Shown one piece after another: positions 15,901 to 27,000 of a stretch of DNA of 64,000 nt. The notes beneath the pieces are model-generated. The model saw nothing but the letters and a program-made list of their open reading frames with translations. It had not been told where the DNA came from and searched no databases. Position numbers and translations under genes: made by a program. Where the stretch lies: positions 992,001 to 1,056,000 of the forward strand of contig CM000436.1 of the NCBI GenBank assembly GCA_000165345.1, given 5' to 3'. The first letter of the stretch is position 1, and every line of letters starts with the position of its first letter.

Positions 15901-18900
15901 ATTCATATTCTAATCCAACTACTACTACTACTACTACAAGAGCAATCGAACAAGCATTGGGTGTAAGTACCAGGGTAACTAATTCAAAGATTGATTTTAA
16001 TAGTGAGGAGCTTGGTGGATTATTTAATACAAGAAAGTTACAACATATGACAAATTTTGAATATAATGATGAACATTTTTTGGAATCAGAAGAAGTTATT
16101 ATTACAAATATTTGTGATCTAGAAATTAGTGTTTATTTGAATAATAGGCCAATATATGGATCTCCATTTACTCCATATATAGATAATTTGGTAGAAATAC
16201 GAAATTGGTATAGAATTGTGGATTTAAATTCTTCTGATAGTACTGAAAGAAAGTTTGAAAAGTTATTAGAATCTGATGATTTTGAAGGAGCAATAAAGTT
16301 GATGAAAGAGTTAGAAAGAAAATATTTGCATGATTTTAAGGTAATATTAGAAGAATTGGAGAGAGATCCAACAGAACAAGAGCAAATTTTGGATAATGTT
16401 GGAAAGATTTCAAATGAACAAGATCAATGGACTTTGTTACAAAAGAATAAACAACGTTTAGAACAAATTATTAGAGATAATAATGATCGAGAAAATTTGA
16501 TTTTAACATTTGGAAGGTTTTTATTGAAAAGATTAGAGAGTCAAATGATAAGAAGACAAAAAGTTGATTCTGATTTATCATCATATAGAATATTAAAAGA
16601 AAATAATTTGGAACCATTATGTCATAGTTTAGAAGTTGAATATAATAAATTCCAACAACAAAGAACAAGAGAATTAATACGTTTAGTTTCATTATTAGAG
16701 ACAAATAAATTAAATTCATTAGAAGAATTAATGGAATTATATCAATTAATTGCTGATGAATTAAGATCATTAGGACGTGGAAATTTGGCTAATCAATTTG
16801 ATTTAGTTAATAGATGTTTAATAGAAGAGCAACAATTAACAAATATACGTGAAAGTTTACAAAGAAAGAGTGAAGTATTAGCAAAAATGGATGAAATGGT
16901 AACAACTAGAGAGAAAGCATTAGAAATGATTTTATCAAATTATAATCAAGCAATAAAAATGGAAGAGGATCATATTGAAGAAGAAATTGAGAAAATTAAA
17001 GTTGATATTTTAAGAAAACTAAATTTTAATCCAAGTACTGGCGTACAAACTGAGGATTCATTATCATTTACAGATACTATTATTGGACCATTAATATTGG
17101 ATCGAATTTTAGGTAATGATGAAAATCAATCAAAAAATGATTTTAATAATAATAATAATAATCATAATAATTATCATAAGAGTAATTTTAATAAATATTT
17201 TTCTATTATTGATCATAATAATAGTGATTATGCAATTCATGTTATGAAAATGTATTGGAAACCTTTAATGGAATGGGATTTAAAATGTTTTGTTAAGATA
17301 TTAAAACAATGTCCAAGAATATCTATTTGTTTGAGAGAATTATTTTCATATTTTGCAAATACAAGATGGAAGAATAATGAAACACAAATGAGTATATATG
17401 GTGATTTAATTCATAAAAGTGATAATGGTAATTATTATTCATATAAAAATAATAATTTTGGTAATAATAATGAAATAGAAGAAAGTATGAATAATAATAA
17501 TAATATTAATAATAATAATAATAATATTAATAATAATGATAATTTAACATCAATTGATAATAATAATCACAAATTTTCAAATAAAGAAAATATAAAATCA
17601 ATTAGTAAATGGACAGTAGGAACACCACTTGTTACATCAGATGATCCAAATTTAAGTATTTATAGAAAAGCAATGGGTATAACCAGAAATGGATTTAAAA
17701 GATTAATCATTTCATTAAATTTATCACCAGAATTAATTAAATCAGAAAAAACTATTGAAGGATTATTTCATAAATATAGTATGGAAAGAACAACAAGTAA
17801 TATACATTATAGTAATAAAAATGTTAGAGTAATAACACAAGAATTATGGATACCTTTATTAAGAGAATTAGCATATATTAATGCATTAGTACGTTTTGAT
17901 GTATTAAGACAATCAACTTTAGGTAGTAATGCATTATTAAGATTATATAAAAATATTAATGATTTTACAGGAAAAGTTGATTATTCAGTTTGGGAAAATA
18001 ATATATCTAGTACTAATATTGGAGAAAAATTAATGATTAATTTAGAAAGTGATGATTTTAAAGGATTAAGTCAAAATTTAATTAATTCAAAAAATAAAAT
18101 AAATGATGAACAAAATAATCAAAATAATATGAATAAAAATAAAAATAATAATAATAATAATAATAGTAATAATAATAATATAGAATTAGGAGGTAATCAT
18201 AAAAATCATGTATTACAATCAGGAGTTGCAGTAACACAAGATAATATTAAAGATTTAAATAGAGTAACTGCATTTAGACATTTTTGTGAATTACATTTAA
18301 TACCATTATATAAACAAGTTTATGGAAATGAAGATTTTACAACAATGTTAATGTTACCATTTTCTAAAATATTATCATCAGAACAAGATGAATTATTACG
18401 TGGATTAGATGCTATTGATTTAAAAGATAGTGGAGGAACATGTATTAATTCTGAAGAAATTTCTGGAGATAATTCTAATAAAGAATTAATAGAAAATAAG
18501 AAAAGATATTTATCAAGCCAATCAACACATGAAAAGGTTGAATGTAAAATTAATAATTGTTTAAAAATTGTTGTATCACAATTAAAAATGAATATAGCAT
18601 CAGCAATATTTATACAATTAGCATCAAAAAGTATGAAAGAATATGAATTTGATATAACACGTGAATTAGTAGAATTTAAAAGAATATCAAATGATGATGA
18701 TATATTAAAAAATTATTATGTAACAGAATTTGATTATATTAAACCTTTACAATTACATGAATATTTAACAAATATAGGTATGATACCTGGCCATATAAGT
18801 GGTAATGAAATGCATAACGTTGTAGAGAAAGTATTATCATCTAGAGAAGAATATTTACCAAAAGAATTACCAGTTACTTATAAATATCCAAAATCATTAT

Positions 18901-19052
18901 CATTTCCAGGATATATTGAAACTTTATCAATGTGTATAGCTAAAGGTATAGTAAATAAATTATCAGGATCATTATGGAGTGAGGGAGATATAAGAACAGA
19001 AGTTATTGAACATTTGGTATTATTTAATTTATATGATACATCAAGAATATAG
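12911..19052 (+). CDS. Large filamin/ABP280-repeat-containing protein of about 1.97 k aa. Proposed structure is exon 1 12911..12949 (MNLNLAIANLGVE), intron 12950..13091, exon 2 13092..19052. The C-terminal half is Asn-rich.
   Basis: Filamin-type repeat signatures GQYLLRVTMDGLPIGGSPYDVTITP and NRPIYGSPFTPYI. The main ORF is stop-free for 145 codons before its first ATG (13608) and its frame opens exactly at an AG (13090-91) preceded by a poly-T tract. The upstream ATG at 12911 is followed after 13 codons by a GTAAGT donor (12950), and the join is in frame. The ORF-track start at 13173 is a TTG. Confidence 0.65.
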
Positions 19053-19061
19053 AAAATATTA

Positions 19062-19610
19062 TTAAAATAGAGCACCAGCTCTTTTAGCAGCATTAACAGC
19101 TGATAAAGCAATATTAGGTGTGGAAATACTAACTCCAACAGAACTTCCATTTAATATAATATTACCATGATCTTTATTTTCATCCATCATGGAATCTTGT
19201 GTAGAAATAACTCTTAATGCAGCTTTTTTACTGCTTTCTTCAATTTCACCAGCAAGAATAATTTCATCCAGAATAAAATAAGCTTTGTGGAAATTGAATA
19301 TAAGATCAAGTTCACAAACATTTCCAAAATATCGATCAAGTACTTCAACATAATGATGTATAATTTCAAGAGCAAGAAGTTCATTATCATTTTTATCAAT
19401 ACAAGCAACAAAATAAAGGCTTGCATATCTTTTAACAACAAGTGTGTGCCCTTTCCAATCGATAAAATTACATAATTTACCTTGTCTATTAATGATCATT
19501 TGCGTAACTTCTTTGATAAATCTTTTACGTTCTGATTGTTGATAAGATGAATACCATTTTTCCAATCTAGTTTTGCCTTGTCTGCTGATAAGTAGAAAGA
19601 ACCTGAACAT
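19062..19610 (-). CDS. Clathrin adaptor (AP) complex small/sigma subunit, AP-1 sigma-like, with a roughly 30-aa C-terminal tail.
   Basis: N-terminus MFRFFLLISRQGKTRLEKWY matches the sigma-adaptin signature (M.RF.LL.SRQGK.RL.KWY), and the size fits. ATG at 19610. Its stop lies only 9 bp from the stop of the convergent filamin-like gene. Confidence 0.85.
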   Translation of the reverse strand: MFRFFLLISRQGKTRLEKWYSSYQQSERKRFIKEVTQMIINRQGKLCNFIDWKGHTLVVKRYASLYFVACIDKNDNELLALEIIHHYVEVLDRYFGNVCELDLIFNFHKAYFILDEIILAGEIEESSKKAALRVISTQDSMMDENKDHGNIILNGSSVGVSISTPNIALSAVNAAKRAGALF

Positions 19611-20231
19611 AATTACTTTAAAAGAAAAGATACATATGTATTTATATGTATCTTTTTTTTTTTTTTTTTAAATCAAGTATGATTAATAAATAATAATTAT
19701 GAATACAAATATATTTTCAATATTGGGTATAATATTGAATTAAGATGAAGGAGAGGGGAAGAGATAAGATTGATAAATATTAAATATATATATATATATA
19801 TAAATGGATAATTAGGTTAGTCTTGGTTTATAATTAATAATATTATGTACAATATATTAATATATACGATCTTTGAGTATTCTTCTTTTTCTTTCTTTAA
19901 ATAAAATAATAATAAATTATTGAATGAATTACTTCAAGAAGTAAAATTCAATGTTGAATGATGGATGGGGGGCAAAAAAAGAAATATATAAGTCAATTGC
20001 AATTAATTAGAAAGTGGGGAAGGAAAAATAATAAATAAATTACATGGGAAAAAAAATAAATTTGAGAGAATATGGCGCCATATTTATTTATTCTTAAATC
20101 TAATTTAATATTTTTATTAAGAATATAAAACATGTTATATTTAATTAAAATTTCTTTTTTTTCCTGAGAAATGTTCAAGAATTAATAATATCGTTTATAT
20201 TATTTTAAATTAATTACACCAGTTATAGGGC

Positions 20232-20268
20232 TTAGGCGGGAACATTTTAAGACACGAGTTTGAGACGG
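20232..20268. promoter_or_regulatory. E2F-like GGCGGGAA element plus a GAGACGG box, about 200 bp upstream of RPS29 and in the divergent region shared with the AP-sigma gene.
   Basis: TTAGGCGGGAACATTTTAAGACACGAGTTTGAGACGG. Confidence 0.5.
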
Positions 20269-20469
20269 AATTAGGTCAGAATGAATAATTAAGGAATAAT
20301 AAATGATAAATAAAAAAGTAGTAAGGTAATAAATATAATATACAAAGCAATAAATAAATTATTAAAAAAAAACAGGCGGTAAATTAAAGGGTGTATATTT
20401 TGAGAAAAAAAGAGCAAATGTCACAAGGGAGTTTTAATTAATTAAAACAAAACTTACATTAATTTAAGA

Positions 20470-20640
20470 ATGGGCTACAGCAAGGTTTACAATTCACATC
20501 CAAAGACTTACGGTCAAGGCAGCAGATGTTGCCGTGTCTGTTACAATCATCATGGCTTAATTAGAAAGTATTCACTGAACATTTGCAGACAATGCTTCCG
20601 TGAAAGAGCAGAAGCAATAGGATTCCACAAATATAAGTAA
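20470..20640 (+). CDS. RPS29: 40S ribosomal protein S29 (uS14), 56 aa, single exon. It is absent from the ORF track because it is below the length cutoff.
   Basis: Translation [56 protein letters not shown] has the zinc-binding CxxC...CxxC core and GLIRKY motif of eukaryotic S29. ATG at 20470, TAA at 20638-40. Confidence 0.9.
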   Translation: MGYSKVYNSHPKTYGQGSRCCRVCYNHHGLIRKYSLNICRQCFRERAEAIGFHKYK

Positions 20641-21530
20641 ATTAGTATTTTATATTGGATTGGATTCTGAATTAGTCTTCAGATCTGTAATATTGTTGAG
20701 TCTTCGTTAAAGTACGGTTTACTGGTCTAAAATGTTTATTGCGTGGAGTCTATTGAAGGTTTTGAACAAGAATAATAAATAGGAAAGTTTGTAGAAAAGA
20801 GACTTTGACCAAAGAAACAGAGCTAATGATGATGGTATTTTGTATACAGTATATGTGAATTTGATTTAGATAAGGGTATAATCATATGATTTTACCTGTT
20901 TTTTTTATATTTATATTGGATAACTAGTATTAAAGGTTTGAAGATTTTAACATATATGTATAGATTTATCAGGACTTAGCAATTAGATTTTGATTAGGTT
21001 CCTTATTTAAGGATTATTTAATCATTTTTTAATAGGAATTTACACTTTCTTTTCTCGTTAAAGATGACAGGAGTTGTGGAAATGAGTTTTTGAAGTACTT
21101 ATTTTTGTCTTTTTATTTTGTTAAGTTTTACTTAGCAATTCTACCGGTCATAGATTAGAATTTGGATTAAATATGTGTTTTTTTAATAATACTAACTTTG
21201 TTTCCTCGTTCGTGGTTTTTTTTACAAAATTAATATTTATTTTTGATCCTAATAGACTGGAATATAACTCAAGAGAAGTGAGATTGGGTTAATTTTTTTT
21301 CCTATTTTCATCTTAACTTGTACATTATATACTGAAAAGCAATAGTAATTAATTAACAGAATGAGAGTAAAAGAATACTTTAAGCTCAATTCCAGAAATA
21401 AATATATCATAGATATTGATATATCATAAGATTAAAACAAAAGAAGTAGGTACGTTGTAAGAAGAGGAAAAAATGAATTTATGATTAATTTGTATTGTTT
21501 TCCATGTAAAATAATTACTAAATAAAATTA

Positions 21531-21556
21531 AATTTTGGCAAGTTTTGGCGCCAACT
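21531..21556. promoter_or_regulatory. E2F-like element AATTTTGGCAAGTTTTGGCGCCAAC about 245 bp upstream of Rpn3.
   Basis: GGCGCC palindrome core in an AT-rich region upstream of the gene. Confidence 0.6.
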
Positions 21557-21797
21557 TTGAGTGTAATAAGATTATTAAATACCCCTCAAAGTAATTGCTT
21601 TTCCTTACAGCGGATTTAAAAATAAGCAAGAAATATTGTGAGCAGCTTAAGGAAGTGAGAATTAAAGATAATTAGGTACAAATAGTAGAGGGTCTTGTGT
21701 ATTCTCTTTATTCATAAGGAAAAACTTGAGAAATTGAGTTTGAGAAAATAAAAGTGAATAATAATAATCTGCGATTGGTAGGAAGGTGAGGATAAAC

Positions 21798-23423
21798 ATG
21801 GAAAAGGAGAAGAACCAAGATAATGTAGAAAAGACTCAAGAAGCTACAACAAAGCAGAATGTGGAGAATACTGTTGTAGTTGATAAGTTTGTTCTTGAGT
21901 TAATTTCTTCAATGGATTTAATAAAAAGAGGCGTTGAGTCTGCAGATCAAAGATTAATTGGGCGTGCTTTGAGATTATGTAGTTTGAGTAGAATTAGTTT
22001 AAAGAGGAAGTATGTATTAGAGGTTTTGGATAATATTGAGAAGATAATAAGTACTGAAGAATCAGAAGAAATAAATATTACAATATTGAAATCATTAAGA
22101 TCAAACTTAGATTTAGAGTTTTTAAAGAATGAGAATGATGTAGAAATGAAAGATGAATCAGACAATAATACAGAAGCAGAAATGAAGAAGACTATTAATG
22201 CAATAGAAAAAATGGATTGGAATTCAATGAAGCCCTGTTTAAAGGAATGCATTACACTTTTGGGCCTTTTAATCCTTATAAGAATGTATAGTGTTAGAGC
22301 AGAGAATTATATAGCAAAAAAGGAGAAGTCTTTAGAATTAAGAAGAAATAATTTCCAGGAATGTTTGGAATTCTCTAAGATTCTGTTTGATTATTGTAGA
22401 AGAAGTACAAGCCAAACAATGGATCAATTAATTTCAAAAGTTTTATATTTTTATTCAAGAATTCACGAAATTTGTGGAGAATTCACAAATATAAGAAATG
22501 ATGTTCTGGAGAGTTACAGAAATGCTGTATTAAATCATAATAATATGACCCAGGCAGCATGTATTAACTTGATTCTTAGAAACTATGTCTTGACTAAAAG
22601 ATATGATTTGGGATTAAAAGCATTGGAAAAGATGGTTTATCCAGAGAACCTTTCATCTGGAATACATCAAGCGAGATATCTTTATTACTCAGGGAGAATT
22701 TACTCTGCTCAACTTGAATATCAATCGGCTTTTAATAGTTTCACCCAGTCTCTTAGGAAGACTCCACAGACAAAAGGAAGAGGATCACTAAATTTTGCTC
22801 TTTCTGTTCAGAAGTTTGCAATTGTGGTTCAAATGCTCATGGGAGAAGTTCCAGATCGTTCCATTTTTAATTCAACCGATTTAAGAAAAGGACTGGTGCC
22901 ATATCTTGAGCTTGTGAAAGCAGTAAGATCTGGAGACATGAAAGAGTTTGATTTAAATCTCCAGAAGAGAGGAAAAATATATGAACGTGATGGAACACTT
23001 TCATTGATTAAAAGGCTAGCTCATAATGTCATTAGATCTGGGCTTAAGACTATATGCTCATCTTATAATCGAATATATCTGGATGATATTGCTAAATATT
23101 TTGGTTGGGACAATTCCCACGATGTTGAAGGAGTTGTGTCTAAAGCTATTTTAGATAAGGTTGTTGATGCAAAGATCAATGACGATATTAAATGCTTAGA
23201 GAGTCAACACAAGTGTGAAACTTACGGCTCAGAATCAATGCTCAATAATCTCCATTCTCGTATTGCTTTTAGTCTTCTCCTAAGAAGTAATGCTATCAAA
23301 GCTATGGAATATCCGCAGAACATGCCTATTAACAACGAAAATAATGATGATGAAGAAGCCAGGAGACTATCACAGGAAGAAATTGAGGCTGCTGTCAATA
23401 GCGTTGACGATGGAATGATTTAG
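21798..23423 (+). CDS. RPN3: 26S proteasome regulatory (lid) subunit Rpn3/PSMD3, with a PCI domain.
   Basis: The C-terminal half aligns with PSMD3: LEYQSAFNSF..RKTPQ, MGEVPDRSIF, GTLSLIKRLAHNVIRSGLKTICSSYNRIYLDDIAKYFGW and VVSKAILDKVVDAKIN. The ORF-track start at 21786 is GTG; the first ATG is 21798 (MEKEKNQD). Confidence 0.85.
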   Translation: MEKEKNQDNVEKTQEATTKQNVENTVVVDKFVLELISSMDLIKRGVESADQRLIGRALRLCSLSRISLKRKYVLEVLDNIEKIISTEESEEINITILKSLRSNLDLEFLKNENDVEMKDESDNNTEAEMKKTINAIEKMDWNSMKPCLKECITLLGLLILIRMYSVRAENYIAKKEKSLELRRNNFQECLEFSKILFDYCRRSTSQTMDQLISKVLYFYSRIHEICGEFTNIRNDVLESYRNAVLNHNNMTQAACINLILRNYVLTKRYDLGLKALEKMVYPENLSSGIHQARYLYYSGRIYSAQLEYQSAFNSFTQSLRKTPQTKGRGSLNFALSVQKFAIVVQMLMGEVPDRSIFNSTDLRKGLVPYLELVKAVRSGDMKEFDLNLQKRGKIYERDGTLSLIKRLAHNVIRSGLKTICSSYNRIYLDDIAKYFGWDNSHDVEGVVSKAILDKVVDAKINDDIKCLESQHKCETYGSESMLNNLHSRIAFSLLLRSNAIKAMEYPQNMPINNENNDDEEARRLSQEEIEAAVNSVDDGMI

Positions 23424-24090
23424 CTCCTCAAGCCGCAATTTCACTTATCCAAAATTCTTGAGGAAGCTCTTTTTAATTTCTTTTTCTTTAAAAAATATTT
23501 ATCAAACTTCTTTATTTACTTGAATAATAATATATTTCTTTGTTATTTATTATTAAATTACCTGTCCTCTTTTGCCACTATTCATCTCATTTATTTAAAT
23601 TAATTGTTTTATTTTATATTGTCCACATAAAATAATACATTAATTACTTTGCTTGCACACCGGTATAGATTTTCTGGCGTTTGCATGAAATAAATGCAAA
23701 AATAGTTACGTGGAGAGTAATGTTGCACTCTTGGCGGTAAATTGTGGGGTAGTTAAAATATGTAAAATAAAAGAGTAGTAATAAGTTGATAAAATAACGA
23801 TAAATAAGAAGAGAGGATTATGTTCCATGAAGATTGAGTAGCAATTGATTATTGATTGCTTTTAGTGTAGCTTAAGTTGTTGTTGGTAATTGTTTAAGTA
23901 AAGTTTTTTTCCCCCTTAAGGTTTTAATTATCGAAACAAATTAAAATATAATTGGAGAATTACATTACTATTTAATTAGTTGTGGATATTTCAAGATAAC
24001 TGGCTTTATTAAAAGATAAATAAGATAGTTTAACAATTTATATAGTAAAAAAAGAATAATTAATATTTGGTAAATACTAATAAAAAAAAA

Positions 24091-27000
24091 ATGGAAGAAT
24101 CGTATACTAAGGACAAAGAGTCTATAGCAAATGAGTTGCTTCACTACATTAATTCTTTAATTGAGCCTTTAGCTGACGAATCAGTTGATATTTCTAAAGT
24201 CAATCTAGACAACGTTCAAAATGAATTGAATTTTGGGGGAAGGAAAAGTATATCCAAAATTGAAAAAAGCAATGGGTCAAAACAGGCATGGGTGGTTGGC
24301 GTTGACGCTATTGATGATTTGAGAGATATAATTAAGCTCCTAAAAAGAGAGATTGAAGGAGGAGCAGATTCTGAAAGATATGCTGTAACAATGTTGTGCG
24401 AATGGAATGTTGTGAATACTAAATTGATTCCACTCTGGAATATATCAATAGATAATATAGAAATACAAAGTTTGATCATTCAAGTACTATTTTGGTTGAC
24501 AATTCCTCCAGATGAAAGCTGGAGATCTTTTCGTTCAAAGACAATGAAATGCAGAGCATATTTGAAAAATATGCAAAAAGTAAAGTTTTCATTATGCTCA
24601 ATTTCGTTTTGGCGAGAAATTGTAACACTATATAAGAAGCTTAAGGAAGTCATTCAAAGTCATGGCTTTTTGAAGGAAGATCATGAAGATCTTAGGAATA
24701 GGGAAGAACAAATAGCCTTTTTGAAGGAACAAGATAAAGAGCAGGAAGAAGAGACAACCAAAGAAGTTCATGAAAATGAATCAAGAGATTTTGCTGAGGA
24801 AAATGAAGAAGTTGATGAAAATAATAGAAATAAAATGAAGAGATTGGAAAGGCTTGAGATCATCCGTAATTTAAGAGATGAAATTATTATGATTAATGAA
24901 AGAGCTGAAAAGAGATGCAAACAATTTAAAAGTAGAATTGGAATGATTAAAGGATTGTTAATACAAACTTTAAAGATTCAAGATCAAGTAGTTACAGAGT
25001 CTTTAGCTAATTTCGGAGTAAGATCGGTACATTTGCTCTTAGTTAGTAAGTTAGTTCAAAGTGGAATACTTGAAATTGTTCAAGATGACAGTGAAAGTTT
25101 ATTGAATGATCAAAGGAACTTTTGTAGTATTGATGGCTCTGATGCTGCAGCTCCGTGGAGAATATTAGAATATATATATGGCCTAGTATGTAATATTCAG
25201 CCAATTGATTTTGTTAATGAACTTTTTGGGACTAAGAAAAAATTAACAGAAAATGAAATATTAAAAAATTCTTTGCTTGAGAAGATGAAAATGATTAAAA
25301 AAAGTAGCTCAAGTGGCTTTACTTCTAACTCATTAATGAATAGACATTCTAGATTCAATCCAGAATTGGCCAGAAGAAGGATTAAAGAAAATAATGGTGG
25401 GACCACTGGCCAGGTTGTTAATTCTAAGCGTGTTTCTTCACAAAGAGTGAGTAAATATAGGCATGATTTTGATGTTGATGAAATATTTGAATATATAGAT
25501 ATATTTATTGGAGCAATGCAATCAGCTGGAGGAAATATTCATTGTCTTGAGATGTATGGTTATCCTACAATAGAAGGAACTATAGCAAGCATTGATGGAG
25601 TTCAATCACAATGTTATGATGAAATAGTACAGACATTGGGAGAATTCTTGGAGAATTTTTTCAAATCTAAGCTTCCAATTTTAATTGAGAAGATATTTTT
25701 AATGCTTAGAAATGGAAGTGAAAAACATACATTATGGGATATTTCTAGGTTAATCAGTTTAATGACATGGGTACTTGCATATAAAAGAACTGTATTCTTT
25801 GAAGTTACAAAAAGTGAAAAAGATAAACAAGTCATTAAAGAAGAGTTAACTAGATTATTAATGGAGACAAAATATCTTTTAGATACTAAAGAAAATATGG
25901 CAATCGATTTTATTTACTCAACAATAAAACTCCATGCTAGAGAGAAGTTATTAAAGAATAAATCTCATAAAGTTGCTAGAATCGCAATACGTTGTTTGAA
26001 TGAGCAATTAAAGATAATACATCTAGTATCAAATTCTGAAGAAGAAGCAATCAGAGATTTGGGAGTATCTTTGATAGCTTTTATTATTAGGTTAGATGTA
26101 ATGAATTGCTTATCTTGGATATTGAAGCATTATACAAAGACTTCTCATCATCCAGAGTTATTCTTATATTCAATTGAAGTATCAAATCGTTTGATTAAGC
26201 TATTTAGTAAGCTTGGTGGAGAAACTTTAGTAAATACTCGAAGAAGAAGAAGGGACAAACCAACTAATATGAAAGATTTTAATGACGAGGATTATGATCA
26301 AGATGAAGAGCTTTCAGGATTTAGTGAAATCTATTATAATGAAAAAACTAAGTTAATGAGTTTAGATGAAATGATGGGTGATTATTGTGATGGAAGAATT
26401 GTTTCGAATTTAATGCTTATTGTAAATAATTATTCAACAAATCATTCAAATATTAATTGGCATACTGCAAGACTTGCAAGGAAAATTATTACAACTCGTC
26501 CTCCAGGAGAAGTATCTAAAGTGGGAGAAGATGGTCGTGAAGAACCCTTTATGCAATTATTTTGTGGCTTGTTCTTTCAATTGTCATATTTTATAACTTT
26601 TGCACAAATATTAAGTGATAAGAGTTTTCTTAATCATTCAAAAACTGACAAAGGAGCACAGGATATTATACTATTATCAAGACATGTAATACACCAATTT
26701 TGGGAAGTAGCCAAGGTGAATCAGTTTGTTTTTATGGAATTATTGTTTTCAAAAAATTCTGCAAGAGGACTTGGTTTAGCAGATCCAGAGAGACTTAAAT
26801 CCATTTTTACTGATTATGAGGAAGGGATAGATGCAGCAATTGTTAATAGAATGGAGACTACAGGAAATGATGATGTATTTGAAGCAAGAAGTTTTGTTAA
26901 GAATAAGATTAACAAGGAAAAGCAATCAGCATCAAATTGGACAAAGGAGGATGATGAAGAATTGCTTTCACTATATGCTCAGTACGAGGAAAATCCTAAA

